Shown here piece by piece: positions 60,786 to 64,000 of a stretch of DNA of 64,000 bases; position 1 is the stretch's first letter, and every line of letters starts with the position of its first letter. The notes under the pieces were generated by a model. The model saw only the letters and a program-made list of their open reading frames with translations, made no database searches and was not told the origin of the DNA. A program made the translations under genes and the position numbers. The DNA comes from Takakia lepidozioides (taxonomy: Eukaryota > Plantae > Bryophyta), in assembly GCA_030704615.1 (NCBI GenBank), contig CM060733.1, forward strand, positions 36,580,001-36,644,000, written 5' to 3'.

Positions 60786-63700
60786 GTCATGGATACCACT
60801 GTACCCCTTCAACTTATTTGCATTGACTCTTCCCAGCATTTCTTTGTTAATGGTTTGTAACATGGCGGTGTTGTTATCATACATCTTTTGTATGACATAA
60901 GGTCCTTTCCACGGTGATTTAAGCTTAGAAGCTTGAATCTTTCCTTTCTTCTGCAACCATAGAACCAAATCCCCCGTCTTAAAAGTCTTAACTTGCCTTC
61001 ATCAAACTGTTCCTTTCGCTTCATCTGAATTCTGGTCATATTATCAGCTGCATCAGCACGTACTTCTTCCACATGGTATAATTCATGTTTCCTGACCTTG
61101 ATGGAGTCTTGCAATTCCATTCTTTTTCCCCACTCCGTTCTCATGGTAGGTAACAGGAATTCCACTGGAAGTAAGGCTTCCATACCATAAACTAATTGGA
61201 ATGGTGTATACTTAGTGTGACTTTATATGAAGTCCTGTATGACCACAAAGCTGTCAGCAGCTTTGTATCCCAATCCGTTCTGTTTGCATTGACTATCTTA
61301 GCCAAGATAGTACATAGTATTTTGTTGGTAGCCTCTGCCTGCCCATTACCCTGTGGTAATATGTTGTACTCTTTCTATGCACAATCATAAACTCTTTAGT
61401 CAACAACTCAATGGTCTCATTCATGAAGTGACTTCCTTGATCACTGATAAATTCTAAGGGACAGCCAAATCGTGTAAGTATGTTCTCGTACAGGAACCTT
61501 GCTGTGGACTTGGCTGTGTTGTCCCTCAAAGCTTTAGCTTCCACCCACTTTGTAGTATAATCAGTGGCTGTAATTATGTACCTGTTTCGTGTATTCTTGG
61601 ATGGTGGGTTAATTGGTCCAACAAAGTCTAGTCCCCATTTCTGAAATGGTTCCGTAGGCATTGTAGGATGCAAGGCCATCCTTCCAGATCTCTGCAAAGG
61701 TCCTAGCCTCTGACATTCATCACACTTCTGACAATACTCGTGTACATCTTTGAACAAAGTAGGCCACCAGTATCCTGCGAGTAGTATCTTTCTACTGGTA
61801 GTCTCTTCTCCAAAATGACCTCCAGCCACTCCTTTATGAACTTCCGCCAAAACTTTATTTACTTCATGGTGGTACAAGCATCGTTTTAGTACTCCATCAG
61901 GTCCTAACTTATACATTCTGCTTCCTACCATAGTATAAGGTAAAGCTTTGATAGCGATTCTCTTCCTCTGCTCCTTACCATAACTAGGTGGGCACTGACC
62001 ATGAGCAAGGTAGTATCTGATTGGCCACTGCCAATCTAACCATTCATCTGCACTTCCTTGCACCTCCATTACAAATAAACTCGCATCAGGTAACTGATCG
62101 TCCACTCCTGTGGCGGCCTCTCCTGTTGTTAGTCGTGACAAATGATCTGCCACAAGATGCAAACGGCCAGGCTTGTAAATAACCTCGAACTCAAACTCAT
62201 GCAAGATTATTAACCACCTCGCTATCCTTCCACTTATCAAGGTTTGTTCACCAGATATATCAGAGCCTGGTGATCCACATAAACATAAACTTTCTTCCCA
62301 TAGGTAATGCCTGAATTTCTTCACTGCATAAATCATTGCCAATGCTTCTCTTTCCGTTGTACTATAGTTCCTCTCAGCACTGTTCATCAACCGGCTAGCA
62401 TAGTACACAGGTGAATCTATATTCCCTGTAACATTCTGGGCTAACACCGCTTCCAACGCTTCTCCTGATGCATCGCAGTGAACATGGAATACTACATGCC
62501 AGTGAGGGTTAATCAGTACAGGTGTAGTTGTTACTGACAGTGTAAGTTCCTCAAATGCCTGTTGACATTCCGCTGTCCGGCAAACACTGCATCTTTCTTC
62601 AGTAAGTTTGCTCAATGGTGCTGCTATTTGTGCATACCTTTTGACAAATCTCCTGTAATAACTGGTTTGCCCAAGGAATCTTCGTAGACTTTTAACATTC
62701 ACTGGTGGTGGAGAGGCTTTAATGGACTCTGTCTTTCTGGGATCCACAAGGAGTCCTTTTTACACACAATGTGTCCCAGAAGCACCCCTGAGTTCACACA
62801 GAAAGTACACTTCTCTGGATTCAGGCCCAGACCTCTCATCCTGCATCTGGCCAGCATAACTCCAATTTATGCAAGTGCTCATTCTTAGAGCTGTACACAC
62901 TGAAATCATCCAAGAACACCTGCATGAAATCATCCAGATACTCATGAAAAGATTCACTTATCACTCTCTGAAAGGTCGCTGGTGCATTACAAAGTCCAAA
63001 GGGCATGACTTTGTATGCATAAGCCCCCCAGTCTGTGATGAAAGCTGTTTTCCCTTGGTCTTCTTCTGCCACTTGCACTTGATTATAACCACTGAAGCCA
63101 TCCATGAATGAGTACATCTCATGGCCTGCCACAGTGTCTAATACTGCTTCTGTGAATGGCAAAGGGAAAGGATCTTTCTTCGTACAAGCATTCAGCTTCT
63201 TATAGTTCACACATACTCTTAGTTTGCCATTCTTCTTGGGAACTATAACAATGGGTGACAACCAAGTTGTATACTCTATTGGGTATATAAACTTAGCCTC
63301 AGCCAACTTCTTATCTCTTCTCCAACCTTCTGTGCGTAGTTGGGATTCATTCTATACCTCGCCTGCTTGATTGGTACTGACCCTGGTTCCAGTTCAATCT
63401 TATGCTGACAGACTTCAGGTGGTATCCCTTTTAGATCCTCATAGCTCCAAGCAAATACATCTCTGTATTTGATGAACAAGCTTTTAGCTTCTTCGAAGAA
63501 TTCCGGCTCCAAATCAGCTCCTACTTTCACCATCCTCGGTTCCTCTTTAGTTCCCACATTTACTTCTCTCACCTGCTCATCAGCTGTGATTGTCCAACCA
63601 GTCACCACTTCATCCTGTAAGCTCACAGTGGCTGGTTCTTCTAGGATTTCTATTTCTCCTTCTCTCTCTTCATAGAAATGTGATGGGTAAATGCTGGTTT

Positions 63701-64000
63701 CCTCTTCAGTTGGTGTTGCTGTCACTACACCACAGCAGATACCTCTCAAACAACTTAGGCTTTCCAGCCGCATCTCTGCAACCTGCTCCCACTCTGGGTG
63801 TGCAGCAAATAGGGTAGCTTCCTGCTCCTCATCCAGTCCTCCTCTCCAGTCATACTCTCTGACTCCTCGAGGTCTTCTTGTAGCAGGTAATCTACTAGAT
63901 TTCTTTGTGGTAATTTGTATCTCGTGTATCCCATTATGCACGGTTAGTAACTGAGAATTCCAGTCATGGAATACCCTGGCCTGTTTCAGCCACGGACGTC
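60786..64000 (-). pseudogene. pol (PR end, RT, RH, INT) of Athila-like element
   Basis: GRPWLKQA, DGFSGYNQ, MPFGLCNAPATFQR, FLDD, HCDAS, YSTTEREAL, GHFG..CDEC, WGLDFVGPI, SDQGSHF, WKGPY. Confidence 0.93.

Larger units (their letters stand above)
54869..64000 (-). mobile_element. Non-chromovirus (Athila-like) Ty3/gypsy element with extra 3' ORFs, 5' part outside window
   Basis: 3' LTR 54869-55817 (TGTTG...TAACA), PPT GGGGGAAGGGGTAA adjacent at 55818-55834, and pol on the minus strand. Predicted TSD CAACC. Confidence 0.88.

Overview
Eukaryotic, TE-dense nuclear DNA, most likely from a non-seed land plant (inferred from the full-length PLS-PPR-E-DYW editing factors, a plastid OEP24 gene and the retroelement types). 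The only clearly intact host gene is a 3-exon OEP24 (33556-34946, -). It is surrounded by damaged paralogues of a PLS-PPR-DYW gene whose N-terminus carries OSB-type 'PDF' ssDNA-binding motifs. TEs: a SWIM/Ulp1 MULE-like remnant, two CACTA ends, a full-length chromovirus (13794-20754, 5-bp TSD), a TTAA-flanked piggyBac-like element, and an Athila-like element with extra 3' ORFs running off the window. The highlight is a Ty3/gypsy-type family present twice (3999-9498, internally deleted; 45773-~54868, coding). Its pol reads PR, DNMT3-like cytosine methyltransferase, RT, RH, DDE integrase, PHD finger. Instead of two LTRs it has split direct repeats (sense order B-internal-A-B-A), a 4-bp TSD and no tRNA PBS, with a putative self-priming complement in that position. 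This layout equals a 2-LTR circle opened at an internal CA-NN-TG site. Many frameshifts lie in homopolymers and may be assembly errors. All alignments and domain calls were made by eye.
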